A stretch of 64,000 nucleotides of DNA. Source: Cenarchaeum sp. Its GTDB lineage: Archaea; Thermoproteota; Nitrososphaeria; Nitrososphaerales; Nitrosopumilaceae. The stretch's first letter is position 1, and every line of letters starts with the position of its first letter. Made by a program: the position numbers and the translations under genes. The notes beneath the pieces were generated by a model, which had not been told where the DNA came from, did no database searches, and worked only from the letters and a program-made list of their open reading frames with translations. The stretch is from NCBI GenBank assembly GCA_965242695.1, contig CBDESU010000001.1, positions 1,408,001 to 1,472,000 on the forward strand. The letters run 5' to 3'. Shown here in pieces: positions 40,069 through 50,221 of the stretch.

Positions 40069-40563
40069 ATGAAGGATGCACAGCGGGCGCTGGATCGGTA
40101 CGAGCTTGCCGCCGTCCTCAACGACATTGGAAACTTCGACATGACCAGCTTCAAGGGGCGCCTGACCCTCCAGAAGACCGTCTACCTCCTCCAGTCGTTC
40201 GGGCTCGACCTGGGCTACGAGTTCACGTGGCACCTGCACGGCACGTACTGCATCGCGCTTGCCCGCGACGGCCTTGCCATCGAAGAGATCGCGCCAGGCA
40301 TGCCCAAGATACCCATAGAGCTGGAGGGCGACGGCATGCAGTGCCGCTACGCCGAGTTCAAGGAGTTCCTTGACGACAAAAAGCACGATCCTGCAATGCT
40401 CGAGATCGGCTCGTCGATATGCTACCTGGCCGGCATCGGGATGGAAAAGGGCGAAATCCTCAGGCTCGTCGAGGACAAGAAGCCTAGGTTCAGCGGAGAG
40501 CAGTGCAGGCGGGCATGGAACGACCTAGAAAGGTATGGCGTGGTGGGTGGCCGGCACGGATAG
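40069..40563 (+). CDS. YwgA/DUF4065(Panacea)-like winged-helix protein
   Basis: GRLTLQKTVYLLQ..GYEFTWHLHGTY and LEIGSSI motifs. Confidence 0.65.
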   Translation: MKDAQRALDRYELAAVLNDIGNFDMTSFKGRLTLQKTVYLLQSFGLDLGYEFTWHLHGTYCIALARDGLAIEEIAPGMPKIPIELEGDGMQCRYAEFKEFLDDKKHDPAMLEIGSSICYLAGIGMEKGEILRLVEDKKPRFSGEQCRRAWNDLERYGVVGGRHG

Positions 40564-40596
40564 GAAGAGGACGGCCGACGAGAGGATCGGCGAGGA

Positions 40597-40924
40597 CATG
40601 GCGGAGTATGCCGCCGACACGGAAAAAATGCCCGAGATGCTCAAGCGCATTCGGGAGTTCGGCCCACGTCGCGAGGACGGGCTTGCGTGGCCTCGGCAAG
40701 CAGTGGCCCTGCGGCTGGCGCCCGGCACCAGGACGCGCGTGAGGCGGTTCAGGCCAGGCCGCCGCGCCCGCGCCGTGAACGCGGCGCTGGGATCGGCCAT
40801 ATTCGCAGCCATGTCGGTCGGCTCGCTGGCCATCCTGGGATACCCGTACGGCTACATCTTTGCCGCCGGCACCGCGGCCCTTGCCGTTATACTGCCGGTG
40901 TGGGAACTGCGCGGCAATGTTTGA
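40597..40924 (+). CDS. Small membrane protein
   Basis: Two C-terminal hydrophobic helices; follows 40069..40563; start uncertain. Confidence 0.45.
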
Positions 40925-40937
40925 TGTCAGGGCCGCC

Positions 40938-41294
40938 ATGTCCGATCCCTGCCAGGTGTGCCGCGCAATAGTGCTGGTTTTAGTCGTCGCATCCATGGCG
41001 CAGCCCCTCCAGCTGGAGGGCGCCGACTTTTTCCACCTCCGCGCCCAGTTCGGGAGCGTTCCCCCTGCGGCAGACATTGTGATCATAATGGCGCTTGCGC
41101 TGGCGACATGGGTGGTGTGCGAGCGGGTCGTAGCAGGCAGGCTGCTCGGCGGGTGCAACGGGGACGGGGGGGGCGGCGCAAGGTCGGGCGCGCCCCTAGA
41201 CGGCCACCGGCGACCTACGGGAGGCAATGGATGCCGTCGGGGCGGCGTAAAGTGCAGGCGGCGCATGCGCGTCTGGCAGGATCGCCCGAACTAG
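40938..41294 (+). CDS. Possible small membrane protein
   Basis: Two hydrophobic stretches (IVLVLVVA, IVIIMALAL); 3' end doubtful. Confidence 0.35.
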   Translation: MSDPCQVCRAIVLVLVVASMAQPLQLEGADFFHLRAQFGSVPPAADIVIIMALALATWVVCERVVAGRLLGGCNGDGGGGARSGAPLDGHRRPTGGNGCRRGGVKCRRRMRVWQDRPN

Positions 41295-41569
41295 GCAACG
41301 GATGCAGCCAGGGCGGCGCATGGTACAGGGGCGGTGACGGCGGGCGCGCTGGCACGGCTTTTGCGCGCTGGCGGGCCGCGGCCCCGCGCCACCCGCCAGA
41401 TCTCAGCCGCCCTGTCGCGCCAGGCGGGCCGCATGCGGCAAAAACCGGGGCGCGGCCGGCCCGCATGCCGACATTTGGCCGTCTCTTTCCCAGCCGCGAC
41501 CAAAATCGCCGCCTATCCGGCCGCCGCCAAGATTTGCCCCCGCATACTCTCATCGCCTAACCCGCCTAC

Positions 41570-41753
41570 TGCGCTCAGCGAGCAGAGGTTCTACAACATT
41601 GCATGCTACGCGTACGGGGCCGACCCGGGGTACAACGGCGACCGGCTCGGCTTCGACTGCCTCCCATGCGGCAGGGCAGTGACGTGCCAGTACGAGTGCG
41701 AGCGGATGTCGTCTAGCTGTGACCGGCTCTTGGAAGGGTGCCTGGTCGAGTAG
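41570..41753 (+). pseudogene. DUF4344 metallopeptidase 3' fragment (copy 5)
   Basis: LSEQRFYNIACYAYGADP...SSSCDRLLEGCLVE*. Confidence 0.85.
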
Positions 41754-41911
41754 GGGCGGCGCCTGCGCAGGGAATGCCGCCTTTGCGGCGGCGCGCGCGG
41801 CGCACCCTACGAGGCACCTACGTGCGGAGGCAGGCGGAGCCCTGCCGCAACTGAGCCCTGCGCAATCGCCACAGCCATCGAAAGAGGGCGCTGCGGGGGG
41901 TCGGCATCGGA

Positions 41912-43087
41912 TCACAGGCCGCGGATCCGCCGCCCCGGCCGGCTCCGCCCGCGCATCCAGCGCAGGGTCGCCGCGGCCGCCCCGGCCGGCGCGCCGACGT
42001 ACATCCCCATTGCGAGCAGTACGGCGGCAACGCCGTGCGCCGCGACGGACGCCTCCGAGTTTGGATCGGCAAGCGCGGCGACCGAGAGCGCGTGCAGCAT
42101 CGGCGCGATCAGCACCGCCGCGGCCTGCCGGAACGCGGGATGCTCGCGCTCAAGGTCGGACACGTAGGGCGAGAAGGAATAGTACGCGGCCGAGAATGCC
42201 GACATGAACGCCGAGCCCGATCCCGTCGCGAGCAGCGTCCCGTCCCTGTACTCGCGCAGCGCCTGCACCTGCGGGGCAAGCTCGGTCCCGTGCGCGGCCG
42301 TTGCGATCAGGCAGCCCGAGTCGTCCGCGGACGGCGGCTCTGGCGGCTGCGGCACGGAGACGATCCCGGCGACCTCGACGGCATAGGTGTTGCTCCTGGA
42401 CTTGCGCAGGCCCGGCTCGCCCTCGAACACGGCGTAAAAGTCCCAAGAGCCGCCGGACGGCCGCCGCTCCGCCGTCCATTCGGCGTAGAACTCGCCGTCG
42501 ATGTCGGTCGTCAGGATCGCGATCGTCTCGTCGGACCCGAGGTCGACGTCGTCCTTTACGTATATCGTGGCGCCCTGGACGGGAGACCCTGCGTCGTCGT
42601 ATAGCCAGCCGCTGAACCGCACCGCGTCGCCCACGCCCGCGGCGACGGGGAGCGGGTTCAGGTCGAGGCGGGTCCCCTGCGCGGCGTCCCCGTCGACGTC
42701 CATGCGGTAGGTCTCGCTTCTGGACCTGTCCAGGCCCGGCTCGCCCTCGAACACGGCGTAAAAGTCCCAAGAGCCGCCGGACGGCCGCCGCTCCGCCGTC
42801 CATTCGGCGTAGAACTCGCCGTCGATGTCGGTCGTCAGTATCGCGATCGTCTCGTCTGAGCCGAGGCCGACGTCGTCCTTTACGTACACGGTGGCGCCCT
42901 CCAAGAAAAACCCGTCGCCGTCGTGCAGCCAGCCGTAGAATACGACCGTGCTGCCCGGGGCGACGCTGGAAGGCAGCGGCTCGAGGTGGAGGTGCGTGTC
43001 CAGAGACTGCGCGTGCGCAGGGGGCGCCGCAACCGCGGCGGCAGACGCGGCGATCGCAACCGCAAGCAACGGCAGGGCTGGCCTCAC
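41912..43087 (-). CDS. Secreted/surface protein with two internal repeats and a CFI-box-CTERM domain
   Basis: Signal peptide; duplicated 'YVKDDV.LGSDETIAILTTDIDGEFYAEWTAERRPSGGSWDFYAVFEGEPGL'; GCLIATAAHGTELAPQVQALREYRD..YYSFSP. Confidence 0.85.
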   Translation of the reverse strand: MRPALPLLAVAIAASAAAVAAPPAHAQSLDTHLHLEPLPSSVAPGSTVVFYGWLHDGDGFFLEGATVYVKDDVGLGSDETIAILTTDIDGEFYAEWTAERRPSGGSWDFYAVFEGEPGLDRSRSETYRMDVDGDAAQGTRLDLNPLPVAAGVGDAVRFSGWLYDDAGSPVQGATIYVKDDVDLGSDETIAILTTDIDGEFYAEWTAERRPSGGSWDFYAVFEGEPGLRKSRSNTYAVEVAGIVSVPQPPEPPSADDSGCLIATAAHGTELAPQVQALREYRDGTLLATGSGSAFMSAFSAAYYSFSPYVSDLEREHPAFRQAAAVLIAPMLHALSVAALADPNSEASVAAHGVAAVLLAMGMYVGAPAGAAAATLRWMRGRSRPGRRIRGL

Positions 43088-43156
43088 GGGGCGCGGCACG
43101 GGAGGGGCTCTTAAGACGGTTTTGAGCGAGCGCCCGACGTCAAGGACTAGGAGGGT

Positions 43157-43380
43157 CACTCGCCGTCGTCGTCCGACCGGGTCAGTAGCTCCAAGGCAAG
43201 CCCCGCGGCCAGCCCCACAAAGGCACCGAGGGCAAGGCTGCCGACCCAGGAATAGTCTGGCTTTTCTCCATCCTTCCCCTCAGGTCCCTGAGCTTGTCGT
43301 ACTCGGTCTTTGGGATGCGAAGGCTGACGTACTTTGGCTCGTCGTCCTCTTCGCCGCTGCCACGAGGGCGGCGCGGCCGC
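43157..43380 (-). pseudogene. Third, 5'-truncated and frameshifted copy of the small RHH-like gene
   Basis: EPKYVSLRIPKTEYDKLRDLRGRMEK matches 553..840. Confidence 0.8.
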
Positions 43381-43381
43381 C

Positions 43382-43680
43382 CTAGTCGGGCATCTCCATC
43401 GCGCGGAGAAGCTTGAGGGCCGGAGACCACCCCGCCGCGGCGAACCTGTCCAGGACGGAGAGGCACCTGCGCCTGTCGCCCTCCCCCGGCAAGGTCCGGA
43501 GCAGCCCGTTGAGTGCCTCGACGGAGTCCGTCATGACGTGTGGTAGGTGCGGCGACTCGGGCAGAGCCGCGACCCGCTCCAAGTGTCCCAGCGCCTGCTC
43601 CAGCATCCGATGCCAGTGGTCCCTCAGGAAGGCCGTCAGTATTTCCAGCGTCTCGCGGTCTCCCTCGCGATCGCTGCGCG
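43382..43680 (-). pseudogene. Second C-terminal fragment of the TIR-STAND family gene
   Basis: LEILTAFLRDHW...RCLSVLDRFAAAGWSPAL matches 26783.. and the C-terminus ending at 35757. Confidence 0.8.
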
Positions 43681-43865
43681 TAAGGGGCGTGTGAGACCTA
43701 AAGTCGTACCCCGGACGGCGATGCCGTCGCGGCGCAGGCGCGGCGCCGTGCCACCTGTGGCGCATGGCGGAGGAGTAGGAACACTGGACGGACGGCGCGC
43801 GCCAGCCCCAAGTCCGATCCACAGGATCAAAAAACTTGCGTGCTGGCAGGGTGCTAGCCGTGCAG

Positions 43866-44123
43866 TCAGCACTGGAGCGTCCCGGCCCGCCTCTTTGCGT
43901 TGTTTTCCCACTGGAGTGGGCGCAGGTTGGGCAGATCCTCTCCACCCCCCTTCGATGCAGGGCAGATGTGATCTACGTTCCAGCCATTCTGCGTCTGCCG
44001 GCCGTACTCGGCCCACTTCATGACCGCACCGCATGCGTCGTGGCGCCAAACGTCGGCACTGTAGCCAGGAATCGGCCTGCCCTTTTCCCAGATCCTCCGC
44101 AGTTTTTCTGCCGCGTATCCCAT
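43866..44123 (-). CDS. Small HNH endonuclease paralog
   Basis: GWNVDHICPASKGGGEDLPNLRPLQWENN; TTATAA box upstream. Confidence 0.82.
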   Translation of the reverse strand: MGYAAEKLRRIWEKGRPIPGYSADVWRHDACGAVMKWAEYGRQTQNGWNVDHICPASKGGGEDLPNLRPLQWENNAKRRAGTLQC

Positions 44124-44599
44124 GCCGCTGGCGGGCTGAGCGGGTAGTTATAACGGTTTTGCGGCATCTGCAGCCGCGTCAGGATCAGTCGACCGGCTGT
44201 TTGAATAGCCAACATGTGCATGGCCGACGTACGGCTGCACATCTCATGGAAACTTGGCGGCAACCCGGCCAGCGGACGGCCGCCGAACCACCCGCCCACG
44301 CCTAGGCGTCAGACGGCGGCATACCCGCACCCGCACCCGCACGTTCCAAAGTCGGCATAGCGGCTGTAACCATGCCAAAAACCTTTGTGGTGCCTCCCGC
44401 GCGCATCGTACGTTTGGCTCCAGGTTGTGGCGGATTCGGACTGTCTAGGCAGTCGCCCACGGTTCACCGTTGCAAAGACAGCATGGCATTGCCAGGGCAC
44501 CGAGGCGGACGTATGGCTGGCGCAGTACTGTTCAGACGGGCTCGGAGCCGCGCCGCCGCCCGGTCGTACGGCCACTCGCACCCAGCACACGATCCCGCA

Positions 44600-45121
44600 T
44601 CATGTCATTCCCGACTCGGGAGATGCCTTGCTAGTGACCGCGATGGTGACAGACTGCTTTGTCTCTATGAGCGGATCCCCCAAGTGGTTGACAATGTCGT
44701 CATAGTAGATTACGTCGGTCAGTATCGTCCGTATGCGCAGCAAGTTGTCGTGACTGTCTTGGACTATGTACTCGTTCCACGGCTCATCGGTCTGCTCTTT
44801 GACGATGTAGTCTACAAGCCCCGTTTTTTTAGCAGAGTGGATTTGCTGGCGGTCGGGCGGAGTGGGCCGCTTTTTCGGATTTTTGTTTACAAATGCGACT
44901 ATATCAGTAGTGCCGACAATGTAACGGTTGTCGTCGGTGATTACAACGTCTGGCGGAAGCTTGTCGGTGACTGCGCTCAGGATGTTTACAGGTATGCTCG
45001 CGATGTTCAAGACCCCCTGAACGACAGGGTGGTCAATGTAGTACCGGTTGAACTCGAACGACTTTGTTCTGTACAGCAGAGATGGAAACTCCCACAACTC
45101 GGGGGATGGAATGTAGGACAT
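44600..45121 (-). CDS. Hypothetical protein (low GC)
   Basis: 173-aa ORF with typical composition, 4 nt downstream of the Zn-ribbon gene. Confidence 0.65.
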   Translation of the reverse strand: MSYIPSPELWEFPSLLYRTKSFEFNRYYIDHPVVQGVLNIASIPVNILSAVTDKLPPDVVITDDNRYIVGTTDIVAFVNKNPKKRPTPPDRQQIHSAKKTGLVDYIVKEQTDEPWNEYIVQDSHDNLLRIRTILTDVIYYDDIVNHLGDPLIETKQSVTIAVTSKASPESGMT

Positions 45122-45125
45122 GATC

Positions 45126-45518
45126 CTAGGCGAGCCGGGCGGTGACGCGGCGGCTTCTTTGTATGACCATGATGGCCGGAGTCCGCATCTCCGACGGGGT
45201 AGAGGACACGGTCTTTTCGGCGCTCAGATCGCCCCGTGTGACTGGGGATGCGCGAGAGCCGCTCAAGACGTACGTTTCCGCAGCGTTGTCAAGCGGGTAC
45301 GACACCAGTGTGCGATCTAGTACCTCAAGCGCTCGGTCCTTGTCGCTACGCCCCTTCTCCGTCAACAGGCCATAGCCGCACATCTCGCATGCCATGCCGT
45401 CAAAGGCTCCTAGCTTGGTGCCGTCGTGGTAGACCGGAACCAAGCACGGCCCAAGAGGGTAGCGGCAATTGGGGCAACCAAGCTTGCCCGGTGCCAGCTC
45501 TATCGGCTTCCTCTTCAT
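45126..45518 (-). CDS. Zinc-ribbon protein (CPNC...CEMC; YgiT/MqsA-type-like)
   Basis: Two CxxC motifs; TTTATATA box upstream; paralog at 49829..50221. Confidence 0.72.
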   Translation of the reverse strand: MKRKPIELAPGKLGCPNCRYPLGPCLVPVYHDGTKLGAFDGMACEMCGYGLLTEKGRSDKDRALEVLDRTLVSYPLDNAAETYVLSGSRASPVTRGDLSAEKTVSSTPSEMRTPAIMVIQRSRRVTARLA

Positions 45519-46012
45519 TGGCGCGGCGTCTTTTTAGTCCTATATAAACACAACTCGCGGCAGGGCCGGATCTGGGGCTGTGGGGGCCTGGCGCCCCCAC
45601 GCCTGAGCCGCCTTGGCCCGAGCCCGCCGGGGCGGTTTGCGCCGCCACAAGACCAGACCGGGGGCATGTTGCTAGCAACGGCCAGCAACCGAGCGACGCG
45701 TGCAAGATGCCCACTAGTCGGGCGACGGGGGCTGACGACGGCAAGGCGGCAAGGGGGGCAAGGCAGCGGCGGCACGCGGGCAAGGCAGCGGCGGCAGCCA
45801 CTCCGACCCCGCAGGGTAGCAGCGGTCGCTCTGGCAACCGGAGCGCGGCGTACAGCCCCGCCGCCAGCAGGATGACCGCAACGCCGTGCGCCACGACGGA
45901 CGCCTCCGAGCCCGGGTCGGCAAGGGCCGCGGCCCAGAGCGCATGCCGCGGCCTGTACTCTTCCGCAGCTGCCGCCCCCCAGCGCGCGCCCAAGCCTGCG
46001 AGGCTACGCGCA

Positions 46013-46471
46013 TCATTCGATCCGTGCACCGCGATTCGCCCCGCCCCGCACCCGCTGATTCTCATCACGCATGCCGCGGGCGGGCGCCGCATTGGATCGA
46101 GTTTCACGGAGGGGGGAGGATGCCGCGCATTTGTCTGTCCCCGGGATGCAGGCCTGCAAATCCCCTCGTGTCGCATCCGCACCTTGCAAAGTCCTCCTTG
46201 TCGAGCACCACGACATGGCTGCACACCGTGTCCCTCCTGCCGTCGTACCCAGCCCCGATGTTCCTTGCGTGGCAGTATGCCAGCTTGCCTCCGGCTAGCT
46301 CCACGAGGGAATCTGACTCTTCGAAGTCGTCAGGCTTGATTTCGAGGGGACGAAAGTGGCATCTAGGTGCAGATGCAATCTCTTCGGCAATGCCGCGGCT
46401 TTTCGCCACGTCCTGGCACCCCTTTTTCCCCGCATGTTGCCCGTCGTGTGGGCTAGCTGTTCCGCCTTCAT
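46013..46471 (-). pseudogene. GAP1-N2-like gene copy 2, frameshifted and internally deleted
   Basis: KAEQLAHT, LAYCHARNIGAGYDGRRDT; DPMRRPP joined directly to the C-terminal QRVRGGANRG. Confidence 0.8.
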
Positions 46472-46476
46472 AAATT

Positions 46477-47535
46477 TCACCTTGTGGATACAAGCCATGT
46501 GATGAGCCTTTCGTATTCCTCGATCGAGTATTCGAGGGGAATCACCAGGTAGTCGCCAGGATCGGCAGGCTCGTCATCCTCGGCTGCCTCGGCATCATCA
46601 TCCTTGCTTTCCTCGTCATCTTCGTACTCTTCGCCGTCGCCATCTTCGTACTCTTCGTCATCATCATCGGGCCGCTCTTCCGTCGTCTTTGCAAACACCT
46701 TGAAGAAGGAGCGCGGGCCCGAGTGGGACACACGAAGGCACGACATCAAGTCTGGGTACTTGCCGGCAAGGTCCTTGGCCGACCTTTGCGCGTCCTGCTC
46801 GGGGAGGGCGTCTGTCTTGGTAAATACGATCGCCAGGGGATCAGTAAAGCGATTCGTCGAGTCGATACGGTCGATTCTCTCCTTGATTTTGCGAATCATT
46901 TTTATGGCGTTTACGGCCTTTGGCTTGTCCGTGTCCCAATCGCCGATCCCCTCGCAGTCGATCATCAAGACGTACTTTGTCGCGTGGACAAGGTACGCCC
47001 CGTTGCTATTTAGCATCTCCGCCACCTGCCCGTCAATGTCGTCGTCATCGTCGGCGGACTCGGAGAGGTGCCCCGAGCAGTCCTCGCCCGGCATGTCGCG
47101 CAGGACCATCTCCAGCGTTGCCGACATGCCCTTCATGCGGTGTATGTTGATCCTCAGGCTCGGATAGTCGTTCTTCACGGTCGGCGGCGGGAACGATCCC
47201 CGCTTCATGCGCCGGATCGTCTCGTTTATCTCGTCGTGGCCCGAGACCGTCTGGGCATCCCACCTGCCCCTGCTGCGCGGCACCCACCGGGTCGAGAGCG
47301 TATGCGTGACAAGCGCGGCGACCACCGTCTTGCCCGCGCCTACATCGCCCACGAATGCGATCGTGTCCCTGCCGTCGTACTCCTGAAGGGTCTCGCGTAT
47401 GAGACTGTCGACGCTGGATGCCCGCCGCACGGCTCCGGCCACCGCACCGAGTAGGCGCAGGGTCTCGCGTATGAGACTGTCGACGCTGGATGCGCCGTGC
47501 TCGGCTCCCTCCGCATGCTGTTCTGGCGTCGACAC
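46477..47535 (-). CDS. TRAFAC-clade GTPase copy 2
   Basis: GDVGAGKT, FPPPT, DMPGE, FTKTD; in-frame internal duplication (ASSVDSLIRETL x2); identical C-terminus EEYERLITWLVSTR. Confidence 0.85.
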   Translation of the reverse strand: MSTPEQHAEGAEHGASSVDSLIRETLRLLGAVAGAVRRASSVDSLIRETLQEYDGRDTIAFVGDVGAGKTVVAALVTHTLSTRWVPRSRGRWDAQTVSGHDEINETIRRMKRGSFPPPTVKNDYPSLRINIHRMKGMSATLEMVLRDMPGEDCSGHLSESADDDDDIDGQVAEMLNSNGAYLVHATKYVLMIDCEGIGDWDTDKPKAVNAIKMIRKIKERIDRIDSTNRFTDPLAIVFTKTDALPEQDAQRSAKDLAGKYPDLMSCLRVSHSGPRSFFKVFAKTTEERPDDDDEEYEDGDGEEYEDDEESKDDDAEAAEDDEPADPGDYLVIPLEYSIEEYERLITWLVSTR

Positions 47536-47847
47536 GGCAGTGGGGTCCAAAATTGGCATATAATCTGTAGCATGGCCGCGGGTGCGGGATCCGTGCATCG
47601 CCCGCATGCCGGCGCCCGTCGCGGGGCGGCGGCCCGCGGCAAGAGAAGCCCCGAAGTCGGCCCGCGGCCATGGTGCGGTGGGCCTGCGCGCGGCAGCGTC
47701 GGTTTGCATGCCGCGCCGCCGATCCTTCGGAGTATGACGTAGGCGGGGATGCATCCCGCCGGCCCGCCAAGCCGCCTTCGTGCAACACCGAAGGATACCT
47801 CGACGTGATCGCATGGATTATAAAAACGGGCAACAGGTCGACGGACG

Positions 47848-48861
47848 TTGACAAAAAAGGCCATCCACTGCGACCACTTTGCGTTCGGATCGGCCCCGGC
47901 AGGCGGCAACAAGCCGTACGCGTACGGGATCGTCGCGAGGTCACCCGGCGTCGACGATCGCGTACTGCGCCTGCTCGATGGCCGCCTGTACCCTGTAGGG
48001 GTCGACCAGAGCAAGTTTGTCAGGTCGCTCTCGCTGCTTGTGCTCGACGAGGTGGTCGCGCTTACGCAGGCCAGGAACGCCGGCCACGACGGCGAGGGGC
48101 GGCCCAACTCGATATACAGCCACACCGTCCTGATCGACAGGCGCGACTTTGAGGCGATACGGTGCGACACGAGGGCGGTCACCATGCAGTGCCCGCAGGC
48201 GGAGCAGTCTGGCGACCTGCGGCCCCTCGAGATAAAGCCGCTCGACCTCGGCATGGACTTTGACAGCGCCCGGCGCCTCGGACTGGTAGGCCTGCGCCCG
48301 TTCCTAGAGGCCATGTTCTCCGGGCATAATGTGGCCATCAGGAATGCGGGCGGCGGAGCCCTGCTGCAGGGACTCCTCTCGCTGCTCCCAGACCCGCTTC
48401 GCATCGTGCCGTTCACCTCGCTGCTCCCGGACACGCCGCGCCGGCACCCCTACAGGCTGGTGCAGACGGACGCCCCGCGCCCGATGTTCGGCAGCCACAC
48501 CGTCATCAATATGGCCGGCATGTCCACCGCTACGCCCGCATCGACGATGCTGGCAAAGTGCGCCGGGCGCCTAGTGCGCATGATAGCGGACAGGGACGAA
48601 GAGGGCATAGAGTCGCTCTACGGCGACATCGGGGCCCTCTCGGGGCTAGACTACAAGGAGCGCCTCTGCGCCGCCGCAGGGGCAAGGATGTACAGCGAGG
48701 GGATGCTACGGTCGCCGGCATGGGCCGGCAGCATGGCCCGCATGCTCGACGCGGCTCCGGCAGGCCGCGCCGCGCCCTGCTTTGGGCGACTAGTGCGCTT
48801 TTTGTCGGACGGCGACCGCGCACGGTACTCGCAGAGGTACGGCGCGCCCTCCGGACCATGA
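47848..48861 (+). CDS. Second GAP1-N-like domain protein, divergent from GTPase copy 2
   Basis: 'YGIVARSPGV...ARNAGHDGEGRPNSIYSHTVLIDRRDF..CDTR' parallels 35991..37133; TTATAAAA box about 22 nt upstream of TTG. Confidence 0.68.
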   Translation: MTKKAIHCDHFAFGSAPAGGNKPYAYGIVARSPGVDDRVLRLLDGRLYPVGVDQSKFVRSLSLLVLDEVVALTQARNAGHDGEGRPNSIYSHTVLIDRRDFEAIRCDTRAVTMQCPQAEQSGDLRPLEIKPLDLGMDFDSARRLGLVGLRPFLEAMFSGHNVAIRNAGGGALLQGLLSLLPDPLRIVPFTSLLPDTPRRHPYRLVQTDAPRPMFGSHTVINMAGMSTATPASTMLAKCAGRLVRMIADRDEEGIESLYGDIGALSGLDYKERLCAAAGARMYSEGMLRSPAWAGSMARMLDAAPAGRAAPCFGRLVRFLSDGDRARYSQRYGAPSGP

Positions 48862-49579
48862 AGCATGCCGGCCGCGCGCTCGACGCGGCAGCGTTTGAAG
48901 AGGTGCTCGGCGAGTGCGACGGCGAGCGGTGGGCAGACGCCAAGGGCCTCGTCGAGGCGCTGGTCGAAGAGAGGCCCGACGAGATGCAAGAGAATGGGAG
49001 TCAAATCCTGTCGCATGCGGCATCCCACAGAGCCGCCCAGGAAGTGGTGGACGCGTTTGCCGCATCGCACCAGCTGCGCCCTCTGATACTCGACGCGCTG
49101 AGCAGGATGCACTCCGACGATGCTTGGCAGTGCAGGGGCCTCTTCCCATGGCCTCCAAGTCGCTGCTTGCCGCCGACTCTGCGCACCTGAGGAGGCTCTT
49201 CGCAGCAGACGCGTGCGATCTGGGGTCGGACAGCGGCGCCCGCCGGTTCTGCCGCGCCGCATCCCTGGCGCTCTCGGACATCTCGATGGGATCGGACGTC
49301 GCGGCGCTGACGGATGCGGCCGAGGCGCTGCACGACAGGGTCGCGTCCGAGGCATCCCGCGCCGACGGCTCCTACGAGGAGCGGTTCCGCCACCTGCGCG
49401 TCGCGCTGGCCGGCGCCCACGACGCCCTGATCCGCAAGGTGTACGGCGCGCTGTTCCGCGGTGTGGCAGGAGGCGAGCCGGCGATCCAGAGGGCAGAGTC
49501 GACGGCAAGGAGTATTGCGGTCACCATCGACCGCATGCGCGCCCCCAGGTTCATGTCCATTCTGCCGTCCTTCCGGTGA
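48858..49579 (+). CDS. Helical hypothetical protein(s); probably one gene frameshifted near 49120, or two overlapping genes
   Basis: ATGA overlap with 47848..48861; two protein-like overlapping frames (48858..49190 and 49148..49579). Confidence 0.5.
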
Positions 49580-49828
49580 ACCGCACGGCCGGTATGGCTC
49601 GCGCCAGGACTGCAGGCGGAGATTGGCCGCCAGGCGCGGCACGGCGCTGAACGCATGGCGGCCGTGGCGCATATCCCGGTGCGCGGGCTACGCTCGGGGG
49701 CGATTTCGTCGCCGCCGCGCCCTGCCGGTACGCAGGAATGCACGACGCTGCACCGGCGGGGCCCGAGTGGCCCTGTCCGGCGTGACGGCACAAGCTCAAG
49801 CTGGGAGGGACCGGCTCGGGATGCGGCC

Positions 49829-50221
49829 CTATGCGATCCGTGCTGTGACGCTGCTGGTTTTTTGCAGGATCGTGACGGCGGGTGGCTGCAGGTCCGTAGG
49901 AGTCGAACACATGGTCTTTTCGACGCTCAAGTCGCCCCGCGTGACGGGGGATGCGCGGGGGCTGCTCGCGGCGTACTTTTCCACGACCATGGCTGGAGGA
50001 TACGGCAACGGGATGTGATCGGGCGCCTCAAGCGCCCGCTCCCGGTCGCCGCGCCCCTTCTCCGTCAGCAAGCCATAGCCGCACATCTCGCAGGCCATGC
50101 CGTCAAAGGCGCCGAGCTTGACGCCGTCGTGGTACACGGGAACCAGGCGCGGCTCGAGCGGGTACCGGCACTCGGGGCAGCCGAGCGTGCCCGGCTCCAA
50201 CTCTATCGGATCCCTCTTCAT
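49829..50221 (-). CDS. Zinc-ribbon protein paralog
   Basis: CPEC...FDGMACEMCGYGLLTEKG, aligned with 45126..45518. Confidence 0.72.
   Translation of the reverse strand: MKRDPIELEPGTLGCPECRYPLEPRLVPVYHDGVKLGAFDGMACEMCGYGLLTEKGRGDRERALEAPDHIPLPYPPAMVVEKYAASSPRASPVTRGDLSVEKTMCSTPTDLQPPAVTILQKTSSVTARIA

Noticed and set aside
42414-42890. Near-identical internal repeats as a DGR template/variable pair
   Set aside because: Both copies are in-frame domains of one surface protein, the differences are not adenine-specific, and no reverse transcriptase is present.
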